From Nemertoderma westbladi (taxonomy: Eukaryota > Animalia > Xenacoelomorpha), in NCBI GenBank assembly GCA_032718475.1, contig JAUCBJ010008936.1, positions 69,357 through 133,356 on the forward strand: a DNA stretch of 64,000 bases. Direction: 5' to 3'. Position numbers and translations under genes: made by a program. Below the pieces are notes generated by a model. It had not been told where the DNA came from. It was given only the letters and a program-made list of their open reading frames with translations, and ran no database searches. The first letter of the stretch is position 1. Every line of letters starts with the position of its first letter. Positions 21,831 to 35,499 of this stretch are shown here, in pieces.

Positions 21831-23842
21831 ATGAAGGATATTCATAGTATTATGAGAACTCACTGTAAGGATTGTGAGGAAGGTGAATGTCCGGAATACT
21901 TTTTGCCTGATGATACGGGTAAGTCGCAAGCTTGTACTTATTGTGGATGTCCACCAGTCAAACATGCCAAAGGAGATGGAGAGTCGGCTTCTGGGATTGC
22001 CCCTGATGTAGGCCTAAGTGCTGGAAATTCAAATATGGAGCAATCTGATATTTCTCCTACTGTGTCGTCCTATACCGGTATTTGTTCACCAATACCTGAA
22101 CCACCAGTGCCAATTTATTCAAGTACTCCTAAGGTGCGAATCTGCCAAGATGGTCTTGTTGATATACTGCGGATGTCCGCCGAGGGCCGTGATTTGTTAA
22201 AACGATGTGGCAATGGGGTGCCGCTTGGGGAGGCTCATAGAAGCACGTTGGTTTCGCTTATAGTCTCTTCGTGTTATGATGCTGGGTTGAATCACGAACA
22301 ACTACAAGAGTGGGCCGTTAATATTACAAAGGTATTTCCTAGCGAACGTGCAAACACCTATTTCTATAAAAAGACGGTGACAAAGTCGGTGAAAGTTAAA
22401 GATTCCGCAACCAGTAAAGACTATAAAACACAAGTTGCTTGCGGTAAACTGTATAATAGGTAAGTTGAATATTTAGTTAATTGTATAGGCCTACAACATA
22501 ACATATATATTTAGACATTTCGTATTTGCAGTCATTATACAACAGTAGGGGCTACGGGGTAGTATTGTACTATCTTTGGAATTGCAGACATTGTCAATGT
22601 AATCTTTCAAAAACACAATCAAGCAAAGCAAACAGTCGGTCGAAGCCGGAGGCGACCCGAAGGCTCCTCTTTCGTAGCTGCTACCCGAAGGTAGGGGTGG
22701 GTGCTACTCCTATCCCCAGTTTTGCTCCCAATAATTCTACTGTTCCTCATTTTATCGACCCCAGAGGAAGAAAGTACAACACAAAGGAAATGTAGGTCCT
22801 CAAACGAATTGGAGACTGGCGATTAATACCGGTACATGTTAATATTATATGAATTATAGGGATTAGGATTATATTATAGGATTTTTGGATTATATGAATG
22901 AAAATGCGATACTGTATTTAAGTTCGGTTGATTTTAATAACAGTATATTTGTATTAACTTTTCAGGTTCGTAACTGTAAGGAAAAAACTTAAAACATCAA
23001 AGGAAAGTCAATCGGTTGGCATAGCTGCTATGGCTGTTGAACAACCACTAAGTGGTTTTAATGTGGACGACATTAAAGCGGAAGTAGAAGAGGAGTTGAA
23101 CTATCTGACACTTAATGGTTTTGAAAGAAGTAAATTCATAGCAACAACATTGTACCGCTTAGTCGGGTTTTATCATGGGGCAATTATTCTCGCTGATCTG
23201 CCATACATGCTAGACAATAGCATAGTATATGAATGCATTTGTCACGATTTCGTCCATTTGTGGAAGGTGGTAAAAAATGTAACAGACTTGAATGAAAACG
23301 CCTTATTCACCCCGAGTTTCATTGATGTTTGCCGCCAACTGATTGTGATGGAGAAAATAGGGAGCATTGACCCTGGTGATCTGAACGAGACTGCTACTGC
23401 AAAGATAGGTTTGTTCTTGCTGACAGAGAAGCTCTGTAATAAGATGTCTGTACAGATATCCCGATCTAATCGAAAGTTTTGGCGCCCATCCATTTCTGAT
23501 GCGAAGAGTTCGTTCATAATGGAGGCTGTGGATCATGCAGCCATGGATAAACAGATACTGACTTTGTCATCTGAATATGCCCGTATGGGTTTGCAAGTAA
23601 ACCCATTTGTAGTTCTACTTAAAGATTCCTCGCAGAGCGTCGTTATCTATAATGATCTTCGGTTTCAGCGGCCAACCCTTCTGCAAGGTGTTGACCTAGC
23701 TTTTAAGTTGTCGAACGTGTGTTACTTACGGTATCCGGCTGCATCGCTTCCTGTGTGGCTCTTTTTGGAGCACATTTTTGGGGTCCCACCGTCCGAAATA
23801 TCTTCTAAAGTCTCAAGTCTTCTCTCCGACTTAAAGTTGTAA
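21831..23842 (+). CDS. EnSpm second (accessory) gene, spliced: join(21831..22459,22966..23842), 501 aa
   Basis: Donor AG|GTAAG at 22460 and acceptor ttttcAG at 22964-22965 join in frame to give GKLYNRFVTVRKKLK. N-terminal CxxC...CxYCGC.P..H motif. The C-terminal DLAFKL..V..LRYP....VWLFLE is typical of animal EnSpm ORF2. Confidence 0.8.
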
Positions 23843-24494
23843 TTGTTTGTGAAACATTTCAGGTATATTGTGCTTATTGAAGGAATATTTTGTTGTTATG
23901 TTTGTAATTTGTTATGGTTGTTATGTTGTAATTTGTTATGCTAGCAGATATACTTTATCTTTTTTTTAATCGAAAAATAATTTTATTCAAAAATTTAAAT
24001 ATTTCTTTCCGACTTTCCGATGAGGCGTTGTTTTAATACAATGTACCGTACCATACCGGTATAACGTGCAGTGTTTGATATGCTGATTGCAAGGCCTACT
24101 TAGGGTGCGCCATAGAATTTGACCCCAAGAGTGGATTTTAAGTAAAGTTCTAGCAGTAAACATTACTAATATATCGAACCTATTGACGTCTTGATAATAA
24201 TTTCTAGGCCCTCAATTATCAGGAAGTACCAGTTGGCTGCGCGCCCTGTCTTCTATAGTAGGCCTTGGATGATTGCTACCGGTACAACAGCACAGGATAT
24301 AGGAAAGTGAAACTAAAATATGACAATATGACAATGACAGTACTAATGTAATAATGTGATAGTTAATTAATGTAATAGTGTGAGCTTACAAAAAAGTGTG
24401 AGCGGACATAAAAGTTAAACTTTTATTGACGCTGTTGATACTGACAGAGGAAATAAATGTTTAAAATTTGGAATAAAATTACATATAACGCTGC

Positions 24495-24595
24495 TAAAAG
24501 CACGTTATAGGAAAACAGTACTCGTCTACTTTAATTGCCTCGCTGCGCTCGGCGAGTAAACCGACTCGTACTGTTTAACTATAATAAAGTGCTAT
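24495..24595. repeat. ~100-bp imperfect palindrome resembling a non-autonomous Crypton-like terminus
   Basis: agcac.ttata..aaacagtac.....ctcgctgcgctcggcgag.....gtactgttt..tataa...gtgct folds back on itself. The family assignment is from memory of similar ends only. Confidence 0.4.
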
Positions 24596-25429
24596 ATCTT
24601 TAACTGTGATATAACTGTAATAAATAGTTATTTTTAAATGTTTCGAAGGTTTTTAATAATTAGTAGGTTTTATATTAATTAGTTTGTTTGTTTTATTTCT
24701 CAGTAGTAACTTTTTTGGCAGTATAATTTTGTAATTTAACCACCTATGAATGAATAAATAAAGTGTCAGTGTTATTAGTTTTATATCTTGTAAAGTACAT
24801 CTGATACATCTTGGTAAATAAACGTTGAATCTGGTCAGTTTTTTTGCAATTACCTTTGAGCAATTTCGCTTGGTATCTGGTTAACTTGCTTAAATATCTT
24901 GCTTTGATCGCCAGATATTTTTGGCAATTACACCAGATATTTTAGTAATATAATTTGACAAGATAATCATGCCAATTTGCCAACGTATATTGTGCCTATT
25001 TTTTGGCATGATTATCTTGGCAGTTTCCATATTTTTTTTTGCAGATTGCCAAATTATTTTTTAGAGTGTTCCTATTGATACTTTGACCTTTCTATCTAAA
25101 TCATGTACCGGTACTTCAAACATTAATTTAAGTCTTTTTGGGTTGTGAACTCATAACTCAGTTCTACCCAGTAGTTACTGGTATGAAACAACTCGTATCT
25201 TGTAGTTCAATTTTAATAGCGCTCATAGTACTTTCACACCTCACATACTGTACTGATGTTACTCTTATTCCACTGTGCCACTTTTTTAATGTCATTCTTA
25301 CACATAGGCCTTCATTCACTTAATTACTTAAATTTACTATGCAAATATTCAATTATAATTAAATTAAAATCGTATTCATACCTTAAAATAATTGTGCAAT
25401 CATTTTCACATATATACATATAATAAATG

Positions 25430-25660
25430 CAATACAATTATACGAATTCAGTTCATATAGGTATCAAGTATAATTGCTTTACTTTCAGTTACTTTTACAC
25501 ATTTCATAAAGGTATTAAGTATAATTGCAGTAATTCAAGGTACTTTTTTACTCAGTTCATAAAGGTGTCAAATATAATAAATTGCTCTACCCCAGTTAAT
25601 TTTATTCAGTTCATAAAGGTTTAGAAGTATAATTGCATAATTTCAATTTACTTTTATTTC
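25430..25660. repeat. Degenerate tandem repeat of ~60 bp, ~4 copies
   Basis: cagttcataaaggt..aagtataattgc recurs. Confidence 0.7.
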
Positions 25661-27639
25661 CAATATCTTGCTGACTGTTTGATACATCTAATGCAGAAAA
25701 CAATATTTGTTTTTGTCAAGGATTTGCAGAAATCGTCTGTCTTAGAGGAACAAAATAACGTAACTCATTAAAATCGTAACTCTTTCAATCTCTGACTAAA
25801 TTATACCAAACTTGGTAAACATGCAATCTTGTCTATCGGCTAAAATATACACAATTTGCTAAAATTTTCCCTATAATGTTTTTTTCCTATAGAACAGGAT
25901 GCAGTTTTATTTTAGTAGAAAACAAGCTGTTATTTGTGTAGATTTTCACCTGTGGAGGGGAGAATATTGATTCCCCCCCCCCCCCCCCCCCCCCATCAAT
26001 TAGTCTGTCAAAAGATACAATTCATTATAAACATAACAAAATTAATTATAATAATTCTAAAAATATACCCCCCCCCCCCCCCTCCGGTTTGGACCTGCTG
26101 CGTTTTCATATATTTAAAATATGTTGCGGGGTTATGGGAATGTGTTAGTACAACTACATTTAAATGTTTAGAGGTTCTCATAAATGGGACGGCCATTGAC
26201 AGCTTGTGGTAAGAGGCAGAAGCATTCTCGGGGAACAATATCATGTGGGCAACAAAGTGATACTTGTAGGCTGGCCAGTTGTGCAGTTGATGCCTAGAAG
26301 AGCTATTTCCCTATAATAATCTTATCAGATAATACAACGGGTACAGACAGGTCTTCCATGCATTCCTACAATTTCAACCATTTGAAAGTGTTTACACAAT
26401 ATCTTTTCAAACACACTCAGTTGTGCATTCACACATGACTCATTATTCACATGCTAACTTTAGCACTATGTTAACTTAACAATATGTGTTATTACTTGTT
26501 ATTTGTTTAGAGAGTACTCACTCGAGACTCATAACGAGATGGTTCGGAGAGGGGACATAGAAAATCCGTCAATCAATCAAACAAACCTCTTTCCTAGGAA
26601 CCATCCTGCTTTTGGAATTTAATTAGATTATAATTGAAAGTCTATATTACAATATAGATCTATCTAGACCATATATATATTATATTGAAAGACTATATTT
26701 TTTAATAAAATCCCCGGCACTTACATGAGTGCTTGAAAGCTTCCAGCCAAAAGATGCTTGATCCTGTAACAGTGTGGAATGCAGTGATGCTGATGGCGGC
26801 CTGCAATTTCAGATGTATCTCCACATTGTTATAAAGGTCATTGCCCCCGACACGCAAGAATGTTGGGCATGGATTAGGGACAGCAGAACTATGGTAATAG
26901 TTAGTTAGATGTTGGAACTGGCTTAGAGTTTCTATGTAGTATGTATGTATGTAGTTTGTATGACCATTAAACGCGCATCTATTGGTAGGTCAATAGGTAG
27001 GTAGAAATGTGTAATAAGCTTTCTAATCAATGTGTATAAAACCGTTACTCAATATTAATTATGTTCATAAGTTCGTAGTTATCTGCGCTGGTGGACAGAA
27101 TGTTGGTGGAACTAGCTTCTTATTTTTTTCCTGATATATTACTAGACCCGGAATCACTGTTAGAAACTGAAACAATACTAGAACCTGATTCATCATCAGA
27201 ACCAGATTCACTACTAGATTTAGGTTCGGAATCTGACTCACTCGTTGAAGGGTACATGTCAGCATCACAACCTATACCACTCGTCAATACCAGTGTTATG
27301 ATAACCATGCTCATGAGTACTTTCTACGTCTTTCTCAATTTGTTCAGTATCCCCCCCCCGTGGTTTTTTTGTTATAATTCTGAAACAAACGCAGTTGGGA
27401 ATCTGAAATTTTATGACTTTTCCTAAAAATCTATTGTCTATAAGTGAAAACCGTTTTCAAAAATATTGGGTAGTTTTCGAGTTATAGCACCATTTTTTAA
27501 CCCTACTTTTGGCAATTTTTTGAGACGTTTTTTGAAAATTACATTTCATTAAATATGATTTGTAACATCTCTATTTTTGATTTACACCAGTTTTTTGGTG
27601 TTAGCAATTGGATGGAATTCATATAAATTAATTTAGAAA

Positions 27640-27930
27640 TGCAATGCACACATCTCCAACCAGACACTATATAACATTGGAGGTGTCTCATTGGTTCCCC
27701 CAAGCTTGACAGTAGAACAAAATCGCCTCCACTTTGCAGGACATTGCTTTTGCTGTGAGGAACAGCCAGTGCATAATCTTGTACTTCGGCAGCCTCATGG
27801 AGTGAATAAGCATGGTGGACAGCCCATGACTTTCTTGAGACGCATCTTAAAGGACACTGGCCTTAAAGATGCGGATGATCTAGCAAATGTCTGGGTGATA
27901 GGGAGTTGTGGCGGTGCAATTTTGTTGACA
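27640..27930 (+). mobile_element. RTE-clade LINE 3' fragment
   Basis: HISNQTLY...RLHFAGHC...LVL..P...GGQP.TF...LKDTG...DRELW matches the RTE ORF C-terminus pattern. Confidence 0.72.
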
Positions 27931-28196
27931 AACCGGCACAGCATTCTTACAAATGCAGCTGCAATGCAGCATGCCAATCCTAGTAGTTGTAATATATGAG
28001 AAATTGTCAACCACATTGACAGTGTTACCAGACGTCGACCAACTGGACGAATTCGTCTCGAATTCCATTGGGTGAGTAAACAACGCCGGCGGCTGGTATG
28101 TTGTCGGTTGGGTGAATCCCCGGCAGAGCGCTGGCAGTGAACTCACATCACTGCTGGTGATTCATATACAGATATTGCGAATTGTCCTAGTCAGTA

Positions 28197-28304
28197 TCCG
28201 GACAATTCGGTCCCGGACAATTCAGTCCCGGACAATTCAGTCCCGGACAATTCGGTCCCAAAACATAAAATTAATGGGACCGAATTGTCCGGGACCGAAT
28301 TGTC
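28197..28304. repeat. Small foldback (MITE-like) built from 15-bp units ccggacaattc(g/a)gtc
   Basis: Four direct units are followed by two inverted units gggaccgaattgtcc. Confidence 0.7.
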
Positions 28305-28479
28305 CTGCTTCCAAATAATAAACGTATAGGCCTATATAGGCGTATATATTTAGGCGCATTAAGCTCAAACTGAAATCAACTACCGAAAAATCTAAATACA
28401 GTAGGCAATAGGAAAAGTTATGTAGAGGTATAACGGTATTTATTATTTAAAAATTATTGTTTACATTGATTTTTTTCAG

Positions 28480-30112
28480 TTGGATGCGATAGCACCAGCG
28501 TTAATACTGGCTGGAAAAACGGAATAATTGTGAACCTCGAACGGAAACTAGAAACACCACTTCAACATGCGATATGCCTCCTTCACATCAACGAGCTTCC
28601 ACTTCGACATCTGATAATAGAACTTGACGGTACTACAACAGGAAGCAACACATTTTCGGGTCCAGTTGGGAAACTCCTTCATAATTGTCACAAATTTAGC
28701 CCTGTTATATTTGAGCCTATTATCAATAATAATTTTCCTGAACTTGAACAGTCTGTTTCTTCCAAACTTTCGAGTGATCAGCGATATTTATTTGATATCT
28801 GCAATGCAGTAATATCTGGAGAACTATGTGAATCAACCGCCAATAAAACTCCAGGACCTATCAGTCACTCGAGGTGGCTTACAACTGCGTCAAGAATCCT
28901 TCGGCTTTATGTATCTACCGAAGATCCATCTGATGTACTTTCCCGTCTTTCTTATTTTGTGATAAATATATATGCCCCTTCCTGGTTTAATATAAAGCGT
29001 AATTGGGAGATACAATACGGGGCTTTACACTTCCTCCATATGTTGATTTTGTGTGACAAGTTACTCCTCGATAATGAAAAGACCATTATATTTCCAGTTC
29101 TCCGTCAAGGGGCATATTATGCTCACAGCGAAAATGTATTATTATCTTTGTTGTCATCTGAAGATAAGGACACTCGATTTCAGGCGTTTGATATAATACG
29201 TGAAATTAGAATATCGAAGTTGATAACTAGTGAGCCAATCATTAGAGTGTTCCGTACCCCTCACATATCGTGTACCGAGAATACATTATTAGAGCTACTT
29301 GAAACTAATGAAGAGAAACATCAACCCCCTTTAATAGCTAATAAATCTCTTACTGAGCTACAAATGTTACTGGAGAAAGGTCCTATGAAATGGGAAATTC
29401 CATGTCATTCCCAGAATGTGGAACAATTGGTTCAATGCGTGTCAACTGTATCCAAACGAGTCTGCGGTGTTAAGGAGAGAGATGGCTACATTAGAACTCA
29501 ATTATCTAGTCGCCAAACAATGCCAAAATTTAATTCTAAGAAAGATTTTAAGCTAAAGATAAACCTTAATATCCCCAGTAGTACAGATGGTGTTTAGTTT
29601 GAGTTATTGGATTCTGATTTTTCTTATATTGTGTTGGTGGTGATTAATAAAGCATCTTGATAGTACTGATCTCGTCCAGACTAATTACAATGTTCACAGA
29701 CCCAGTTCTACTGTTTATTATCACAAATTTTAGGGATAAGTTGGTTAAATATACACATTGACAAACATAATGACATAAATAACGATATTTTTTTGCGTAT
29801 TCGTGAAAAGCAACCTACTTTGGTGACTAGGTGCGGGGGTAGAACATATATGAAATTGTAAAATTATCGTTTCTTACAAATAACTAACTAACCAAGAATG
29901 CTATAAAATATGGGAAAGTTGAAATATAAAAGGAAAAAAATTTCATAAAAAATTTAATTTTTGAAAAAACGTTCGAAACAAAGTTGGCTTGTGCGGGGGT
30001 CAAATGTAAAAATAAAATGTTTTCATTTGTTTTGAAGTTATTTTTAATGAATTTGGCATCCCATTTACGATAGGAAAATTGAATTATCGAAAAAAAATTT
30101 TTGCACACCCTA
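28480..30112 (+). mobile_element. 5'-truncated hAT-superfamily (hATx/hAT19-like) transposon: last transposase exon plus right end
   Basis: After a tttcAG acceptor: GCDSTSVNTGWKNG..LE..L..PLQHAICLLHINELPLRH, SSDQRYL, HSRWLTTA, AHSEN, PCHSQNVE, with a stop at 29597. The end ...tttttgcacacccTA at 30112 looks like a TAGGGTG terminus. No left TIR was found. Confidence 0.78.
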
Positions 30113-33100
30113 TTATACATGGCATTGTATGGTCAGTAATAGGCCAACTCGAATATTCAAAATTGCAGCTATTTGTATGTTAATAGTATAAAGCATGGCT
30201 CATAAATTTGCAGCAAAATGACACTTCGTTAAAAATCTAGGTACAGCAAGATACAGTAGTATTGTAGATACATACTATTCATAGGCTTACAATAAAGTTA
30301 AAGTTTATCTTCAATATTGTCAAATATAGGAGGTAATATAAGTATGGATATTATGATGTGAAATACTAAGCTGAGTCTAAATATGTTGTCAGCATTCTTA
30401 TAAGGTTCCCGTACTAACACTGATTAAAAATAAAAATCGAAATTAAATCACCATTACAAGAAACACCCCATAATAAAATCTTACATTGGGCGAAGGTGTG
30501 CCTCTATATAGATTATTGATTGTTAGGCAGATCGATCAACATTGGCAAACAATCAATATTCCTTAAAACGTTAAAACGGACATCGGAAAATAGATGAGGA
30601 AATTCCCAAGAAGCAAAAATTTCAGGTCGCTGGTGTACTGTACTATGTTATTATTATCGTTTTTGACTTTATCGTTTATCGTTTGAAATAATGACAGTCC
30701 CTCAATCATTATTATAATTAACATCGGAAATGATAACCCGACCAGGAAAATCCAGATATAAATAATCGTAGATAGGACTTACAATAAGGATACACAACCC
30801 ATCTACTGTAGGCCCCTTCTCCAGTATTCATATCTTAGTTCTCTCACAACAGAAATACCTAATGCAGCACATACATTAGTTCAAGAATTTATGCAGCCAT
30901 TGTTGTGAAAATAAGCGGCAGCCAATATGCCATTATTTATACAAGAATATCTATATAATTCAGCAAAATATCTATATAATTCACCAAAATGTATATATCG
31001 AGATAATAATTGACCCAAAAATTTAAATTGCAGCCACTGTAGTAACCAGGCTTATATGTATATCCAATGTCCCTATAGAGCCAAAAATATATATCATTTT
31101 TTAAAAGACAAATCTTGAAATTTCAGATATTGGAATCAAATTTTAATAGATGGATCTAAAATATGTGATAAATTTTGTTCCAGGAATGTTAAATTTTTTT
31201 CTAATATATCTTTCGTTATCATGACAAACATAGCAGTACACTACATATTTCGGAGCATTTGGAGAACTTTCTAGGATTATCAAGAATAATGGATTTTCAC
31301 GTATACATAATTTCATTTTTTGCGCTTGAAAATGTTTCAATGTTTCTAATTTTTTCCATACTTACTATATTGAACATTTAAAGTTGTTAATTTGTTGTTA
31401 CAGCTATTCAAAATATATAAATTTTCTAAAATGTCTCAGAGAATATTCAAAACTAAACATATTTATAATACAGGCTAGCTAGGTTGCTAGGAAACTACAG
31501 TATAATTTAAATAGAACATTAGTGCAAAAAATATAAAACCATAATAATTGATTAAATGACACTAGAACGCCATCAAGATGGCTTTAAACGAACCTGTCTT
31601 ACACAGACTCCAAGAAACAGATGGGGATTGGAAGATGCAAACCAAGAATGACTTGCATCAACCAAAAAACTGCCTCCCATCTAATGTAATACACATTCGC
31701 CTAGGCAAACAAATCATAATCACAATTACTACAATGATGTGTGAAATGTTATCCATATCCGTAACCTGGGAAACGGCCCCAAAGAGCAGTTTATTCTGAG
31801 GAGGGGTCTTTCTGTATTAGATAAATAAAATAAAGAATACGAATTATTTATACCTAATACATCCTCAGTTAGCCTAATAAAAACATCGGAGCAACCAATA
31901 TAATGTACATGTACAAGCATCCTATGAAAGTTTGTGAAATGTTCCCTTAAGTCTACCCAACAGCCGTTGGTACCCGGCTGGCAGCCACCCTGGTTCAGTT
32001 TTATGGTTTTGTTAGTTTAATCGACAGCTGTTGTAAACGTCCCAGATATACAAAACCTACTAAGCCTTTGCATTACAATTGAGCTTAGCCTAAGTTGATG
32101 ACAGTATTATAACGATGACAATTAGGCCCTATAGATACATACGATATATAAATGATGTACTGCTTGACATTACACTAACTGGCTGAATAGAGATAGAACT
32201 ATAATAATACGTTTGGCATTCTGTCAGATTTCAGTAGTAAGTAACCTCATAATAATTGCTAAATATCAATCACCTGAAAAACATTTCAAGCAAGGGAGTT
32301 GTGGGTATTTAATTTCGCGTTCAATAATGTTGAAAATATGCAAATATTTCGAATATCGCACTTCGAATCGTTCCCAACTTTTTTATTCAACAACTAGACA
32401 ACAATTGATAAATACTTGCGTTTACAATTTTACAATGCATGCAAGTGGTTTCAAGCCATTTGGTGAACATACATAGTGAGTGATATAGTGACATATATAT
32501 ATAGTGATATAGGTAAATATATATATCCATCGTGTTTTTGCCGGCCTCAGCTTTAGACAAAAACTACCCAGTCTAAAGACAGGTTCGTTATAATGCATGA
32601 ATAAGGGTTGTGTAAACCCGAAAATTTGCAAAGGAGTAGCTATATTTTTTAAGTGACTGAGTGGTGTATATTTATTTATTGAAAAATATAATACATAGAG
32701 AAATATATATATAGATATTCCTTGTATCATGCGGGCCATATGTGTATAACTCCAGTGGCCCATTCGCATCCAAGAAATATATTTTTCAGGCCTATTCGCT
32801 ACCAAGTGGCCTTTTTTATCAAAGGCCATTTTGAATTTTGGCGGCCTAATTGCTGCAAATTGGCCCTGGGGCTACGTAAATTATTTACGTCGGCCTATAT
32901 GCTACTAGAAGGCCTAAATGGAACTAAGAATATATTCCCTATGGCCCAGAAGCTACAATGTGGCCCCTTTGCTACCACAATTTTATAGTTATATAGTTAT
33001 AGTTATGTATATAAATTAAATTATAAATTAAACGCCATCTGATGTATGACCATGGAATTTATTATTGGATAATTTAACCATGGCCCATATACTACTAGCG

Positions 33101-33224
33101 AAATATAATAAAAAATATATATTTCGTAATTTTTGGGCCATTGAGTTTTTCAAAACGTCAAAACGAGTAAAAGTTTTGTAGAATAGATTTATTTATACAA
33201 TATACAGTATAAAAACAATAACAA

Positions 33225-33495
33225 ATACACCAAACATAATGGTATTTTTTTTCACCAACATAACATATAGGATTACCCCTAAAGCTTTGCAGCATATTTC
33301 AAAGCATATTTCTAATTTATGTTACTTACAAATGCCGTACAATATGAAAAATATAAAAATGGGTTATGGGGGATAACTTAAACTTTAACTGTCTTTTTTT
33401 CATATCAACATCTCTTTTAGTAATGGTGGGGTGTATAAAACATTAAAACAACAAAACGGAGGGGGAGGGGGGTAGGGGCGCAATTCATCTTTCCG
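33225..33495 (+). repeat. Dispersed repeat, copy 2 (see 16110-16400)
   Basis: Direct sequence similarity to the copy at ~16.1-16.4 kb. Confidence 0.75.
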
Positions 33496-34115
33496 AATAT
33501 ATCATTACACTTGTATAAAAGATCACGTTCTCTCTCAATTGCAAATATATTCTTGAGGGGCGAGCCACGAAGTGAGCGAAGCTTTAGCATATGGGCGCCA
33601 TTGGCGAGTTGTATGTCGTCGTCGTAGTCTTTGATCGTTAATAACTCAGATATTCCTTGATGAAATTAAACGAAATTTGCTATGTATGTAGTCCGTCAAA
33701 ATTCAAAATCTGAAGTTTTGTCAAAAACGAACGAACGCAACGAGGAACAAGAGGAGGAAAAGTATTGTGTTGAAGACTTCTGACTAACGGCAGACAACTC
33801 GTTAATGGTGCTCATAATGGCTTTATGAAGCTCATCTTTTCCAAGTTCGTGAAACAGCGAGAGACCACATACAGCAAATGCGTAAACTGTGTCAGATGGC
33901 TACCGGTACGCGCTACTGCAGGCAACATCACTCTTGAGGTAAATGTCTTAAATTATTTAAATTTTAGTTAAATGATTTATACTAAAGTCGTACGGCCGAC
34001 TTAAAAACTAACTACTAAGTAATGCGAACGACTTACTAATTCGTTGGAACGACTCACTAAGACATTCGAATCACTTAACTACTGTATCTATGTTTCGATT
34101 GGCCATTACTAGTAT

Positions 34116-35407
34116 TAAAATATACAATAGCGGGTTTTTAAATTCAATATACAATACTGCAGTTGAAACTCAATAATGGCTAACTCAAGACAATCTGCAG
34201 TTTTCTAGTCTGCCGCTAGAGGACGAAATGTCTGAAAGTGAATTTTTTGACCTATTCAGTCATTTATGATCCGTTCAAGCTGAAAATTGTCAGATATACA
34301 TCCTGTGTCATTGTATGGTCGTTATCACTAGCGCGAAGGCTCCACTTCGTGAATTATACAATGTAAAATTTATCGTTAAACTCTTTTAATAAAAAGACCC
34401 TTCCTGAGTTATTAAGCCTTGAAAATAAGATATTTAGCGCCACTTAACGGCAGCCAATGAAATTACAGGACGCCAAAATCCACAACTAAACTTTCTAAAC
34501 CTTTTCTCTACTACATACATAACCAATTACAAAAACATTTACCGAGTCATAGATGAGATATTGGTGTGAGCCAGACAGACAGAGAAACAGAAGCGTGACA
34601 GACAGACATGGGCAGCGCCGATTTGGCCCTGTATTACACTGTATCAGGATTAGAGATTGTAAGTCGTTCGCACGACTTAGCAAAAAAAAGACTATTTCAT
34701 TTCCCTGTATGGGCTCCGCAGGTTTATTTTCAGTTCAGAAATAAAATTTGTAGTGGCCCATTTGCTACACGAATATATTTTTGTATTTGTGAGACAGGAG
34801 AAAACTTAACGAACCCCTATCGGCAAATTAAATTCTCACCGAAATGTTAAAGTATCTATTTAGGGAAAGGGTCAGGTTAACTTTGGCACGTAATTCTAAC
34901 TAAAACAATAAATTGAAGTCAATAGAAATTTATTTAGTTAATTTTTATTTATTTATTTAGTCCCCATTCAAGGATGCAAGGCAGAGATGTGCCCTGGCTA
35001 GACCCTTCAAAGCATTCGTGCCGAAACAAAAATTGCCCTCCCTGGCCTGTTAATGTTAACATGCCCTGTTAATATGCGATTATCATATGTTCTACTTGTA
35101 TACTTTTCGCGACCCTCCCCCCCCCCCCCCCCCCAGGGATTCAAGGAATCGGATATCTGTTGTCTTTGTACCTCGGTGGGTTTGAACTTCATTCATAGAA
35201 AACTGTAGAAATTTTTCACAGCGGCCCATTTACTACAGACATATATATGAAGTGTAAATCACGCAGGGCCGTTCATAATGCAACGCCAATAGATTCTAGA
35301 TTAGCATCCTCAAATTAAATAGCATTAAGAAAAGAAAAGTATTGATTGACAACAACGACATTTCTTAATATCTATTAATTAAAAAACAAATTACAAATAA
35401 AACAAAC
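34116..35407 (+). repeat. Long direct repeat, copy A
   Basis: Collinear with 46293-47882 from atacaatagcgggttttt to caaataaaacaaac. It lacks ~590 bp present in copy B. Confidence 0.92.
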
Positions 35408-35499
35408 TATATAAATGAACTAATAAAATATAAATGAACTAATAAAATATAATGAACTATATAAATGAACTAATAAGGAACTATATAAAAAATATAAGT

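Larger units (their letters stand above)
18071..25068 (+). mobile_element. Apparently intact EnSpm/CACTA-type (CMC superfamily) DNA transposon, ~7.0 kb
   Basis: TIRs CACTCTAAAAAA (from 18071) and TTTTTTAGAGTG (to 25068); 2-bp TT duplication on both flanks; subterminal palindrome aagataatcatgcca/tggcatgattatctt (~24960-25020); two intact genes inside. Confidence 0.88.
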
